From the IMG/VR virus record IMGVR_UViG_3300017755_000003, positions 20,218 to 84,217 of that record: a stretch of 64,000 bases of DNA. One strand, written 5' to 3'. Positions within the stretch are counted from its first letter, which is position 1. Each line of letters begins with the position of its first letter. Positions 17,274 through 27,105 of this stretch are shown piece after piece. Made by a program: the position numbers and the translations under genes. Source of the DNA: a virus. Taxonomy: Duplodnaviria; Caudoviricetes. A model generated the notes under the pieces. It ran no database searches and was not told the origin of the DNA. It worked only from the letters and a program-made list of their open reading frames with translations.

Positions 17274-20200
17274 ATGGCTAAACAAAAAGTAGAATCGTAT
17301 ATATTCCAACCAGGAATTCCGATAACAGACAATCGTTATCCTGGAGCCTACGAACTGATCAAAAATAATGTAGAATTTATTTGCGATGAAGTTGTAGCAT
17401 GGATTGCCGCACAGGTAACGGCCAATGCTAGTGACCCAACTAGCTTTTGGTACAATTATACGTACAACTCACCAAAGTGTGAGAGAGATACCAGATATAA
17501 TCTACAAGGTACTGACGGGAATGGCGGTGTCATCTACGATTTAAGATACGGGGGAAATCAACAAGCAAGATTTTTAGCAAGTAAGTATTGGATTAACAGT
17601 ACTCCACAGATTGATGGTGATAGACAACCAGAGATAGCGGCTAAAAACTTTGCAAGAGATTTAATTAATAATTATATCTTAACTCAAGCAACTTTTACAT
17701 CTGCACAAAGTCCAGTTGTTACAACACAATATAAAAATAACGCAACTAACTATGAAACAGGTGCTGATGCAAGAATAACTGAACTAATGTTTGTTATCAC
17801 AGACGTTATTCAAAACGGACTTGACAATGTTCCAGCATTACAAAGAACACAGATTTCTAGTGTTAAGATGCAGACTCGTGTTCCAACAAACGACTTGTTG
17901 TTAATTACAGATACAACTAACAACGAAGTATTGTTTAACTTTAGTGATCCAGACTTAGGTGCAAGTGTTACGTTCCAAACAGATGACACTAGTTTGTTAA
18001 CAAAAGGTGTTGAAGAAGACTTTCCAAAGTTCTTAGAAAGAACAGGAACAGTTACAACAGTTTACCTAACTAAAAGCACAGACAATCCTAGTTACTCTGC
18101 TAAAGCAGTTGCAGTACTAGAAGCAAACTTAGAATTTTTAAAGAAAGAAACTGTGGCTTGGATCGCAGATCAAGTTGCAAATGCAACAACAGGATCAACT
18201 TGGGAAAACTATACATACAACACTACCAAGTGTGAAAGAGATATGGGATTAAACGTAATTGGTATTACAGAAGATATCAAATACGGTGGTAATGCAAACA
18301 CACATTACAACGCAAGTAAATATTGGATTCAAACTACTCCACAGATTGACGGAGATAGACAACCTGAGATACTTGCAAAACAATTTTGTAGAGATTTAAT
18401 TAATAATTATGTATTAAAAAATATTGCATATACTTCACAGCAAACAGGTGCAGGTGCAGTTTCACAAAACATAATTTTAAGTTTACCTGAACCAGGTGTA
18501 AACACAAGAGTAACTAACTTATTCTTTATTATTACAGACGTTATTCAAAACGGTACAGACAACTTACCTATTAAAGAAACTATTCCGTTATATTACGAAA
18601 CAGATGACTTACAGATCTTTATTGATCAAGGTGAGATGAGAACCAAACCATTCGACTTTGGTGTTGATGCTATTGAACGTATGAGAGTTTCAAACTCCAT
18701 ATCCATGCTTGATGCTGACTTTGAATACGGGCTACAGCCTACGAAGTGGCAGGCCATTGGTATGCAAAGAGGTTATCCAAGTATTTACGAATTACCAGGT
18801 ACTGATAAAGTTGTTTCAAGTGTTAAAACAGATGCTTCAGAAGGTACAGGTGGAGTTGGTCAAAGTTTAATTACTGTAACTACAGTTGGTGCTCACGGTA
18901 TTGAAGCTGGTACACCTATTACAATTAAAGCCTTAGAAAATAGTATTCAAGGGGCAAGTAGAGCAGAAGGATCGTTTGTTGTATCAACTGTTCCTACTGC
19001 AAGTACATTTACATATTTTGCTAAATCAAAAGTTGGTACAGCAAATAATCAGATACTTTCAACTTATTATACACAGTTAAGACAGGGTGGATTTTATACA
19101 GGGGCGGCGATTGGTACTCCAACATTTTCAATTCTATCACAAGGTACAGCAGGTGTATTTACTAACCCATTAGGTGCAACAGTTGGTGGAGATAAAGTTA
19201 CATGGATAGGTAACACACCAGAGATTGGTGCTCCGATGCAAAACGTTAACGGTCAGATTACAACAGTAAACACATATTCGGCCGCTGACGCAAGTAGAAC
19301 AGCAGGAACTTACACAGCAATAACAGGTAACTCAAGCAGTATTGCTACAGAATTAATTGTTGGTACATTTGATATTACTGTTGACGGAACAGGTGCCGCG
19401 ATAGCAAGTAACTTTAAAGGTGGTAGAAATAACGCAGTTGGCGATACTATCACTGTTGGGGATTCTTTCTTAGGTGGCGGCGGTGGAGCAGATTTAACGT
19501 TCCTAATTGCAAGTATTACAGACGGAACAGGTATTGACAGTGGTGCACAGGTTACTGTTGTTACAGGTACAGGTGGAGAAATTGCTACACTATCAACAGC
19601 AGGTGACTATGCCGGCGGAGTTAACTCAATTGAAGTTAGCGACGTTTCAGGAATTTTAGCAGGACAGGCCATTGACAGAGGAGATGGAACTGCTATCCAT
19701 GTTAGTTCTGTTGTTGGAAATACAGTTAACCTAGATGGAAACACAACTTCAGCTATCGTTGGTAACAACGTTCAGTACAATGCAGTTGCAGGAACAAATT
19801 ATAACAGCACAGGTTTTAGTGCAACATTTGATATTGACAGAGCAGGTGGAAACTATACAGTTGTACTAAATGGTACAGGTGGTGATCAATACGAAGTAGA
19901 CGATGTTATTGTTGTACTTGGTAACCAATTAGGTGGTCAAACACCTACTAACGATTGTAGAATTACAGTAGACTCAGTTGATTCAAGCGGATCAGTTACA
20001 TCATTTACAGCAGTAGGTTCAGCTTTTGATGGTAACGGAAGTTATACCAACCAAGTTGGTCAAAACATGAACGGTAATGGTTTAGGTGCAATATTTGATT
20101 TAGCATATACAAACAATGCTTTCACAGTAAGTTTAGCACAACCAACGTATGCCAATAATGCATCAGGTGTAACACAGGGTGGAATAGGTAACGGCTCAGC

Positions 20201-23200
20201 TTGGGATGTCACATTAACAAATAACAACTACACCGTGACAGAAAACGCGGCGGCGACTGAAACTGGATTTGCCGTAGGTGACGCATTAAAAATTAATGGT
20301 ACACAATTTGGTGGTGATATATCAAACGATTTAACAATTTCCGTAACAGGCGTTGACGGTAGTGGTGGTATTACATCATTTACATCAAGTGGTTTAGGAC
20401 CAGATGCACAGAATAACTTTACTGAGCCAGCTTACACATACAGTGGTATTGGTAGTGGTGCTTCGTTTGGTGTTGGTTACAATGGAACAACTTATACTGC
20501 TAACGTTGTAAGTCCTGGATCAGGATATAGTGCAAGTGAAACTTTAACAATTGATGGTGCAAACATTGGTGGTACTAGTTCAACAAACGATGCTGTAATA
20601 CAAATAGATAGTGTTGACGGTAGTGGTGTTATTACTGCAATTAGCATTACAGGTACAGCAAGTAACAGCAGAGCATTTACAAATATAACTTCAGCTACAA
20701 ATATAATTGGAGCGGCGGCATCATTCAACGTTACTGTAAACTACAATAACAGTTATACAGTTACGCAAGGTAATGAAGTAGGAACAAACTATGCTGTAGG
20801 AAATCAAATATTATTTGATGGTACAACATTTGGTGGTCTAACTTCTACAAACGATTTATTATTAACAATCACAGGCGTTAATGGCGCAGGTGGTATTACA
20901 GGATTTAACAGTTCTGGTACGGCTCCAGATGCAACAACAGGATACGCGGCTGGTGATAGATTAAGAATTGAAGGAACAAATATAGGTGGTTCAAGTCCAG
21001 TTAACGATGCTATTGTAAAAGTTGACGCTGTAAGCGGAACAGGAAGAATTAATACAATTAGTGTAACTGGTACAGCACCAGATGCCACTGAAAGTTATAA
21101 CAATCCAACTTACACTACAAACACAGTTGGTGGTGCAAGTGCAGAATTTAACGTAACAAGATTAGATACGGCCTATAGTGCAACTGCTCCAGTTGGTGGT
21201 ACAGGTTACCAGGTTGGTGAAGAATTTGTTATTGATGGTGCACAATTAGGTGGTGTAAGCAGTACTAACGATTGTACAATCCTAGTTGCAACAGTTGACG
21301 GTAGTACTGGTGAAATATTAACAATAACAGTAGCAGGTACAGCCTTAGACACAAAAACAATTACAGATTTAAGTCAGTTTGATGGAGAAGCAACAAACTT
21401 ACAAGGTAGTACTGCATCATTTGATATTACAATTACAGGCGGAGTTTATAGTTATGCTGTAAACACTCCAGGTACAGGTTACTATGCAGATCAAAACATT
21501 AAGATCCAAGGTAACCAAGTAGGTGGTGTAAGTCCAACTAACGATATCACAATCAATATCACAAGTGTAGGAACAGGTGGTGACATTACAGGTATTAGTG
21601 GTTCAGGTACAGGACCTTCAGGTACAGGAAGTTACACACAGATAGGTGGACAAAACTTACAAAACAACGGATCAAATGCAACGTTCAACGTTACAAGAAA
21701 TGCAGGTGCATATTCAACAGCAACAGTTTCCAATGATGGTATTAACTATCAAGTAGGAAACAAGATTAAATTATCAGGTACAGACTTAGGTGGACAAACT
21801 CCAACTAACGATGCAGTTGTTACTATTACAGAAGTTGCAACAGACGGTGGTATAGTTTCAGTAACAAGTGCAGGTACGGCCATTAATGGTACAGTTGTTA
21901 AAACATACAGTACAGTAACTATGTCAGAGGTTATGACAGCGGGAATTCCAGCAAACACTACAATAAGTTTTGCGGCATTGGCAACTGTTGAAGTTACATT
22001 TACAACTGCACACGGATTAGTTCCAGGAGATTCATTCCTGGTAACAGTAAGTTCCGACGATGGTGCAAACAATCACACGTTACTAGAAGGACCATTCTTT
22101 GCACAGCAAGTTCCAACTCTAACAACATTGAGATATCAGTGTAGAGCGGCGGGAGCCATTGGTGCTGTTGGTGACATTACTGCTATTTTATATCCAAGAC
22201 CAGATTCATTCTTTGTACACAGACCATATGATGGTGGTGTTATGTTAGGAACAGGTGGACCACAACACGGTGCACAGGCAATTAGACAGAGTAAAAAATA
22301 TATTAGATACCAGTCAGGTAAAGGTATCATGTATACAACGGGTGCCTTGTTTGCACCAAGTTATGATTTATTAGAAGTTACAGCAGATGCAACTGCAATA
22401 GGTTCATTTATTAATGTAACTACAGATGATGTTGACCACGGACTACAGGTTGGTGGACAAATTAAATTGATTGGTATTGAAACACCAGGATATAACGGAC
22501 CATACACAATCGCAAGTATAACAAGTGAACGTACATTTAGAGTTATTGCAACTACAGACTTAGGTAGTGTAACTCCTGTGTTAAGTCCAAAGGCTCAAGT
22601 TTCATTATTATACTGGCATGGTGCAACTGTACGTTCAGGTGCATTTGATGACCAGAATGGTATTTTCCAGGAATACGATGGTACTAACTTTAATGCTGTA
22701 CAAAGAACTTCAACATTACAGCTATCAGGTACAATCAGTATTGGTGTAGATTCAAACGCAATCACAGGTATAGGAACAAGATTTAGAGATCAAGTAAAAG
22801 CAGGTGACAGAATTGTTATTAAAGGTATGACACACGTTGTATCACAGGTAGCAAGTCAAACAGCAATGAACGTAACTCCAGACTTTAGAGGTGTAACACC
22901 AGCAAGTGGTGCCAAGTTATGTTTAGTATTTGATAAGAAAACAAAACAAGCAGACTTTAACAAAGATAAATTAGACGGTACAGGTTCGTCAGGTTATATC
23001 ATGGACATCTCTAAGATGCAGATGATTGGGATTCAGTACAGTTGGTACGGTGCTGGATTTATTGACTGGATGCTACGTGGTGATGATGGTAACTTTATTT
23101 TCTATCACAGAATGAGAAACTCAAACATTAACACAGAAGCATATATGCGTACAGGTAATATGCCGGTTAGATATGAAGTATCCAATGAAGGTCCTAATGA

Positions 23201-24638
23201 TAAGTTAGCGGCTAATATGGACGATACACAATCTACTATACCATTGGAAGATGCTTCATTCTTCCCAAGCACAGGTACAGTTATAATTGATAATGAGATG
23301 ATTCAGTACACAGGTGTTAACGGAGATACGTTAACAGGTTGTACTAGAAGTGCTCCATTAACAAACTATGCCGCGGGTGCAACAAGAACATATACGGCAG
23401 GTGTTGCCGCAACGCACACAACACGTACTGGGGTTATATTGATTAGTAATACTATTACACCAATCATATCACACTGGGGATCAGCTTTCCAAACAGATGG
23501 TGGATTTGATAGTGATAGAGGTTATATCTTTTCATATACTTCCACAGGTAACGTTATTTCATCAACAAGAAATACTGTGTTCATGTTAAGATTAGCACCT
23601 AGTGTATCAAACGCAATCGTTGGTGACTTAGGTGAAAGAGAACTATTAAACAGAGCCCAGTTGCTACTTGAAGGTATTGAAATTACATCAGATGGATCAT
23701 CAGGTGGTACACCAATTACAGGTGGTATTGTTGTTGAAGGAATTTTAAATCCGCAAAACTATCCAACTGATCCAGGTGACGTTGGTTGGGCACCATTAAC
23801 GGGTTCAGCGGCTGGTGGACAGCCAAGTTTTGCACAGATTGCCCCGGGTGGATCTGTTGTATGGTCAACAGGTGCAACTCAGATTATTAAAAATGCAACC
23901 ACTGTTGCAGAGATGACATTAGATGTTATAAAGACTGGTAATACAAATAACTGGATTTATCACAGAATTACAAATGCTTCGTATACTACAGCGATTGCAA
24001 ATGGACTAACTACAGGTTTAACAGTTACAGCAACTGGTAACGGATCACCATCCGACTTCCCAAGTGGTACAACACTAACAGAAATTTTAGATTGGTACAA
24101 TCCTCCATACTTAAGATTTAATAATAGAAACAGTGGCGGTCAGGTTAGTAACAATGAAACTATTACTATGTCTATTAACCCAACAGGTGCATTAAGCGGT
24201 ACTAACTTCCTTTACTTTACAAAAGCAAGTTGGGAATCAACAGGTGCTATTGCAGGTACTGAGGTAAGTGACAGTAACTTCCCAGGTGGAACATACGTTT
24301 CTGGTGTACAGGCAGGAGCATTTGGTGGTGTTGATTATTATAGAATTACATTTACACAGAGTTCATTGGGTAACATTACAGCAGGTACAAGTATAGGATT
24401 CTTATTTGGACAACCTCCATATGCACAGCCAGGTGAAACAGTATTTTCATTTATTGCTACGCCAGGTTCAAGTTCAGCACTAGACTTAGGTACATTGAAA
24501 GAGTTGACTAATACTACACTAGGTGGTAGAGGTACTTTTCCAAATGGTCCAGACGTTTTAGCAATTAACGTTTATAAGGCGGCTGGTGCAGATACCAATG
24601 CGAATATTATTATACGTTGGGGTGAAGCTCAGGCGTAA
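17274..24638 (+). CDS. Giant (2454 aa) tail/virion structural protein with two phycobiliprotein-like domains and about 8-9 Gly/Thr-rich beta repeats
   Basis: Two KCERD...YGGN domains near the N-terminus; repeats of GY..G..I.I.G...GG..PTND..I.V..VD..G.I. Confidence 0.8.
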   Translation: MAKQKVESYIFQPGIPITDNRYPGAYELIKNNVEFICDEVVAWIAAQVTANASDPTSFWYNYTYNSPKCERDTRYNLQGTDGNGGVIYDLRYGGNQQARFLASKYWINSTPQIDGDRQPEIAAKNFARDLINNYILTQATFTSAQSPVVTTQYKNNATNYETGADARITELMFVITDVIQNGLDNVPALQRTQISSVKMQTRVPTNDLLLITDTTNNEVLFNFSDPDLGASVTFQTDDTSLLTKGVEEDFPKFLERTGTVTTVYLTKSTDNPSYSAKAVAVLEANLEFLKKETVAWIADQVANATTGSTWENYTYNTTKCERDMGLNVIGITEDIKYGGNANTHYNASKYWIQTTPQIDGDRQPEILAKQFCRDLINNYVLKNIAYTSQQTGAGAVSQNIILSLPEPGVNTRVTNLFFIITDVIQNGTDNLPIKETIPLYYETDDLQIFIDQGEMRTKPFDFGVDAIERMRVSNSISMLDADFEYGLQPTKWQAIGMQRGYPSIYELPGTDKVVSSVKTDASEGTGGVGQSLITVTTVGAHGIEAGTPITIKALENSIQGASRAEGSFVVSTVPTASTFTYFAKSKVGTANNQILSTYYTQLRQGGFYTGAAIGTPTFSILSQGTAGVFTNPLGATVGGDKVTWIGNTPEIGAPMQNVNGQITTVNTYSAADASRTAGTYTAITGNSSSIATELIVGTFDITVDGTGAAIASNFKGGRNNAVGDTITVGDSFLGGGGGADLTFLIASITDGTGIDSGAQVTVVTGTGGEIATLSTAGDYAGGVNSIEVSDVSGILAGQAIDRGDGTAIHVSSVVGNTVNLDGNTTSAIVGNNVQYNAVAGTNYNSTGFSATFDIDRAGGNYTVVLNGTGGDQYEVDDVIVVLGNQLGGQTPTNDCRITVDSVDSSGSVTSFTAVGSAFDGNGSYTNQVGQNMNGNGLGAIFDLAYTNNAFTVSLAQPTYANNASGVTQGGIGNGSAWDVTLTNNNYTVTENAAATETGFAVGDALKINGTQFGGDISNDLTISVTGVDGSGGITSFTSSGLGPDAQNNFTEPAYTYSGIGSGASFGVGYNGTTYTANVVSPGSGYSASETLTIDGANIGGTSSTNDAVIQIDSVDGSGVITAISITGTASNSRAFTNITSATNIIGAAASFNVTVNYNNSYTVTQGNEVGTNYAVGNQILFDGTTFGGLTSTNDLLLTITGVNGAGGITGFNSSGTAPDATTGYAAGDRLRIEGTNIGGSSPVNDAIVKVDAVSGTGRINTISVTGTAPDATESYNNPTYTTNTVGGASAEFNVTRLDTAYSATAPVGGTGYQVGEEFVIDGAQLGGVSSTNDCTILVATVDGSTGEILTITVAGTALDTKTITDLSQFDGEATNLQGSTASFDITITGGVYSYAVNTPGTGYYADQNIKIQGNQVGGVSPTNDITINITSVGTGGDITGISGSGTGPSGTGSYTQIGGQNLQNNGSNATFNVTRNAGAYSTATVSNDGINYQVGNKIKLSGTDLGGQTPTNDAVVTITEVATDGGIVSVTSAGTAINGTVVKTYSTVTMSEVMTAGIPANTTISFAALATVEVTFTTAHGLVPGDSFLVTVSSDDGANNHTLLEGPFFAQQVPTLTTLRYQCRAAGAIGAVGDITAILYPRPDSFFVHRPYDGGVMLGTGGPQHGAQAIRQSKKYIRYQSGKGIMYTTGALFAPSYDLLEVTADATAIGSFINVTTDDVDHGLQVGGQIKLIGIETPGYNGPYTIASITSERTFRVIATTDLGSVTPVLSPKAQVSLLYWHGATVRSGAFDDQNGIFQEYDGTNFNAVQRTSTLQLSGTISIGVDSNAITGIGTRFRDQVKAGDRIVIKGMTHVVSQVASQTAMNVTPDFRGVTPASGAKLCLVFDKKTKQADFNKDKLDGTGSSGYIMDISKMQMIGIQYSWYGAGFIDWMLRGDDGNFIFYHRMRNSNINTEAYMRTGNMPVRYEVSNEGPNDKLAANMDDTQSTIPLEDASFFPSTGTVIIDNEMIQYTGVNGDTLTGCTRSAPLTNYAAGATRTYTAGVAATHTTRTGVILISNTITPIISHWGSAFQTDGGFDSDRGYIFSYTSTGNVISSTRNTVFMLRLAPSVSNAIVGDLGERELLNRAQLLLEGIEITSDGSSGGTPITGGIVVEGILNPQNYPTDPGDVGWAPLTGSAAGGQPSFAQIAPGGSVVWSTGATQIIKNATTVAEMTLDVIKTGNTNNWIYHRITNASYTTAIANGLTTGLTVTATGNGSPSDFPSGTTLTEILDWYNPPYLRFNNRNSGGQVSNNETITMSINPTGALSGTNFLYFTKASWESTGAIAGTEVSDSNFPGGTYVSGVQAGAFGGVDYYRITFTQSSLGNITAGTSIGFLFGQPPYAQPGETVFSFIATPGSSSALDLGTLKELTNTTLGGRGTFPNGPDVLAINVYKAAGADTNANIIIRWGEAQA

Positions 24639-25214
24639 TTATTTTACGTTGAAGGCAATAACAGTTCTAATACAATCTTTTCTACTAGGTAAAACAGTAT
24701 GTTTCAAGTAACTAGGAAACATTAGTATTCTTCCTTTAATAGGTTGGTATACATATTCTTGCCAAGAGTAAGGTGAATTTTCTCTCATTGTGTGTCCGTA
24801 TTCAACAAAAGGATTTGGATTTCTAAACATTATTCCGCCTGCACTTTCATTTGCACGTACATAATACACACCACTAATCTGTCCTACGTTGTGATGATGT
24901 TCATTATGAATGTCACCTTCTTTATAATCTTGTGTCCACCAATTATATGAATAGCCTTCTTGTATTCTATTCATTGCATTTTTATTTTGATAATCTCTAA
25001 CACACATATCTATTTCTGATTTTAATTCAGGTGTGTCGTATTTTAGATCTATAACTTTATCTTTTTCAAAATAGTCAGTGGCATGAGGTGCGTTCTCATC
25101 TGGTCTTTGTAATTTATCTACACGTTCTTCTACAAGTTTTTCTACATGGTCAGCTATAGAAGGAGCAACATCATGTACAAGTATACCGGTTGGAAATATA
25201 TTTTCGTATTTCAT
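24639..25214 (-). CDS. Putative 2OG-Fe(II) oxygenase (TIGR02466-like)
   Basis: H.EHHH...SGVYYV, G.I.F.NP, G.ILMFPSYL.H.V, R..IAFN. Confidence 0.8.
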   Translation of the reverse strand: MKYENIFPTGILVHDVAPSIADHVEKLVEERVDKLQRPDENAPHATDYFEKDKVIDLKYDTPELKSEIDMCVRDYQNKNAMNRIQEGYSYNWWTQDYKEGDIHNEHHHNVGQISGVYYVRANESAGGIMFRNPNPFVEYGHTMRENSPYSWQEYVYQPIKGRILMFPSYLKHTVLPSRKDCIRTVIAFNVK

Positions 25215-25900
25215 TATAGTGGCACGTAATAGTTTAATGGGTTACCGCCTGGCATAAAGTTCCCAGGTTGGTTTGTTCTTATATTGTCTTGATGTAATTG
25301 TAAACCGACCTTAGGTGCCGGATTAACTTTAGGTGTCTGGATATGTTGTAGCATAGTATCAATAGGTTGAATATTAAATGCGACGGTAATACGTGGTTCT
25401 TCTTCATGCCACTCACTTATTCTATGTTCAATGTTTGTTGAATGTGTAATTAATAATTGTCCGTCTTTGTTTTCTACCTTCTCGGCCACGTCTTCCGTTC
25501 CTACTTCTCTGTATTCAGCATAACTTGGTTCACAGTTGATACCTAATATGCCATGAAAGCAATCAACACCGCCACCATAATCATGACCATGCCAATTTAA
25601 TACTTCACCTTTGTTAGGCCAATAGTTTAACCAACCTACTATCCAATACCCTTTTCTTGAATCATGAAGTACTTCTTCTTTAAAGAACATTTGTATATCT
25701 TTATACAAATTAAATATGTCAGGCATTGTGCTTGAGAATAAATTATAATGTGGGCTACAAGCAGTACATAAGCTAGGGTGTGGTGCGTTTGCTAATCCAT
25801 TAGGTATAGCAATCTCGTTAGCAATTTGATTTGCTAAGAACTTTGAGGTATGGACAAAACTATCCTTGTTGTGGCTGAGCTGTTTCTTGTATACTAACAT
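25214..25900 (-). CDS. Putative 2OG-Fe(II) oxygenase-like protein
   Basis: W.N......L.WH.H, FHG, EHR....R.TVAFN. Confidence 0.6.
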   Translation of the reverse strand: MLVYKKQLSHNKDSFVHTSKFLANQIANEIAIPNGLANAPHPSLCTACSPHYNLFSSTMPDIFNLYKDIQMFFKEEVLHDSRKGYWIVGWLNYWPNKGEVLNWHGHDYGGGVDCFHGILGINCEPSYAEYREVGTEDVAEKVENKDGQLLITHSTNIEHRISEWHEEEPRITVAFNIQPIDTMLQHIQTPKVNPAPKVGLQLHQDNIRTNQPGNFMPGGNPLNYYVPL

Positions 25901-26279
25901 CTGGTTCTTTCACGTCTTGGCTGTCACCAGGTAGTATTCTATAGTTGTCTTCGATTGAGTCAGGTGTACTTACTTCTGTAATTGAACTGCCTGCTTCAAT
26001 GGCTTCTAATTGATGTGGCATTAACGGAGGATTCCTCCAAGTATCACCTGCCTTGATAACAACTTCCATGGGTTGTGCCTTAGCAGTATCGATATATCTT
26101 AACTTAAAACTACCTTGGTTTACAAACCAACTTTCATCTTTCTCTTTATGAAAGTGCATAGACATTTTGGATCCTGGCTTTTCAAAAACCATAATTTTTC
26201 CACAGTATAAGTCATTGGTTGCCCAAATTAATTCGTATCCCCAACCTTTATCTACCTTACCACTATGTCTTGCTGGCAT
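25860..26279 (-). CDS. Cupin (sugar-phosphate isomerase-like)
   Basis: KGWGYE, SMHFHKEKDE.W, PHQLEA, EVSTPD..EDNYR. Confidence 0.75.
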   Translation of the reverse strand: MPARHSGKVDKGWGYELIWATNDLYCGKIMVFEKPGSKMSMHFHKEKDESWFVNQGSFKLRYIDTAKAQPMEVVIKAGDTWRNPPLMPHQLEAIEAGSSITEVSTPDSIEDNYRILPGDSQDVKEPDVSIQETAQPQQG

Positions 26280-27105
26280 CTATATACTCCTGTATAGTCT
26301 TAAACTTATAGTCACCTATACTATTAATTAGTTTTGAATTGTCTGCACACGTATAGAACTGATACTGTCCAATTAAGTTTGCAGGCATAGGAACATATTC
26401 AATTTCTGCTTTGTGTTTCTTTGCATACCCTTTAGCTATGTCACTAAAACTAGGTGCTGTTCCTGTTCCTAGATTCCAAATTCCTGTTTCATCTACATGG
26501 AAAAACTTTTCAATGATTTGACAAATATCTCCAACCCAAATAAAATCTCTATGTATTCTATCACTGCCTTCAAACAGTGAAATCTTTTTTAAATTTTTAG
26601 CTTGTAAGTCAAACTTACCAAAGACACTTTGTTGTTCACCCTTGTGTTGTTCGCCTTCTCCATACGCATTAAAGATTCTAAATCCTTGCACGTTAATCAT
26701 GTACTCGGGTATTTCCATTACAAGTTTATCAAATAGATACTTGCTCCAAGCATAAGCATTCATTGGATATATGTTGTCAGTCTCTTTTATTTTTTCGACT
26801 TGGTAATGGCTTTGTGTATCTCCATATACACTAGCACTTGAGGCATACATAAAAGTTGTGCCATTGTCATTACATAACTGTAAAAGTCTTTGACTAAATT
26901 CTAGGTTCTGTGTTAAAACTTTTTCTACATCTCTTTCTGTAGTTGAACTTATTGCTCCAAGATGTACAACTCTATCATAAGGTGCAGGATCAGGTACCTT
27001 GTTTGGTTCCCATTCAAAGCCTTCTACTTCATGACCCATGTGTTGTAAATATGAACATAGGTTCTTTCCAATAAATCCTTGGTGTCCTGTTACTAATACT
27101 TTCAT
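26263..27105 (-). CDS. hldD: ADP-L-glycero-D-manno-heptose 6-epimerase
   Basis: TG..GFIG.N, HLGAISSTTE.D, YASSASVYG, Y.WSK, R.FN.YG..E.HKG, RDFI.V.D, YQ.YTCAD; adjacent to hldE. Confidence 0.88.
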   Translation of the reverse strand: MKVLVTGHQGFIGKNLCSYLQHMGHEVEGFEWEPNKVPDPAPYDRVVHLGAISSTTERDVEKVLTQNLEFSQRLLQLCNDNGTTFMYASSASVYGDTQSHYQVEKIKETDNIYPMNAYAWSKYLFDKLVMEIPEYMINVQGFRIFNAYGEGEQHKGEQQSVFGKFDLQAKNLKKISLFEGSDRIHRDFIWVGDICQIIEKFFHVDETGIWNLGTGTAPSFSDIAKGYAKKHKAEIEYVPMPANLIGQYQFYTCADNSKLINSIGDYKFKTIQEYIDASKT

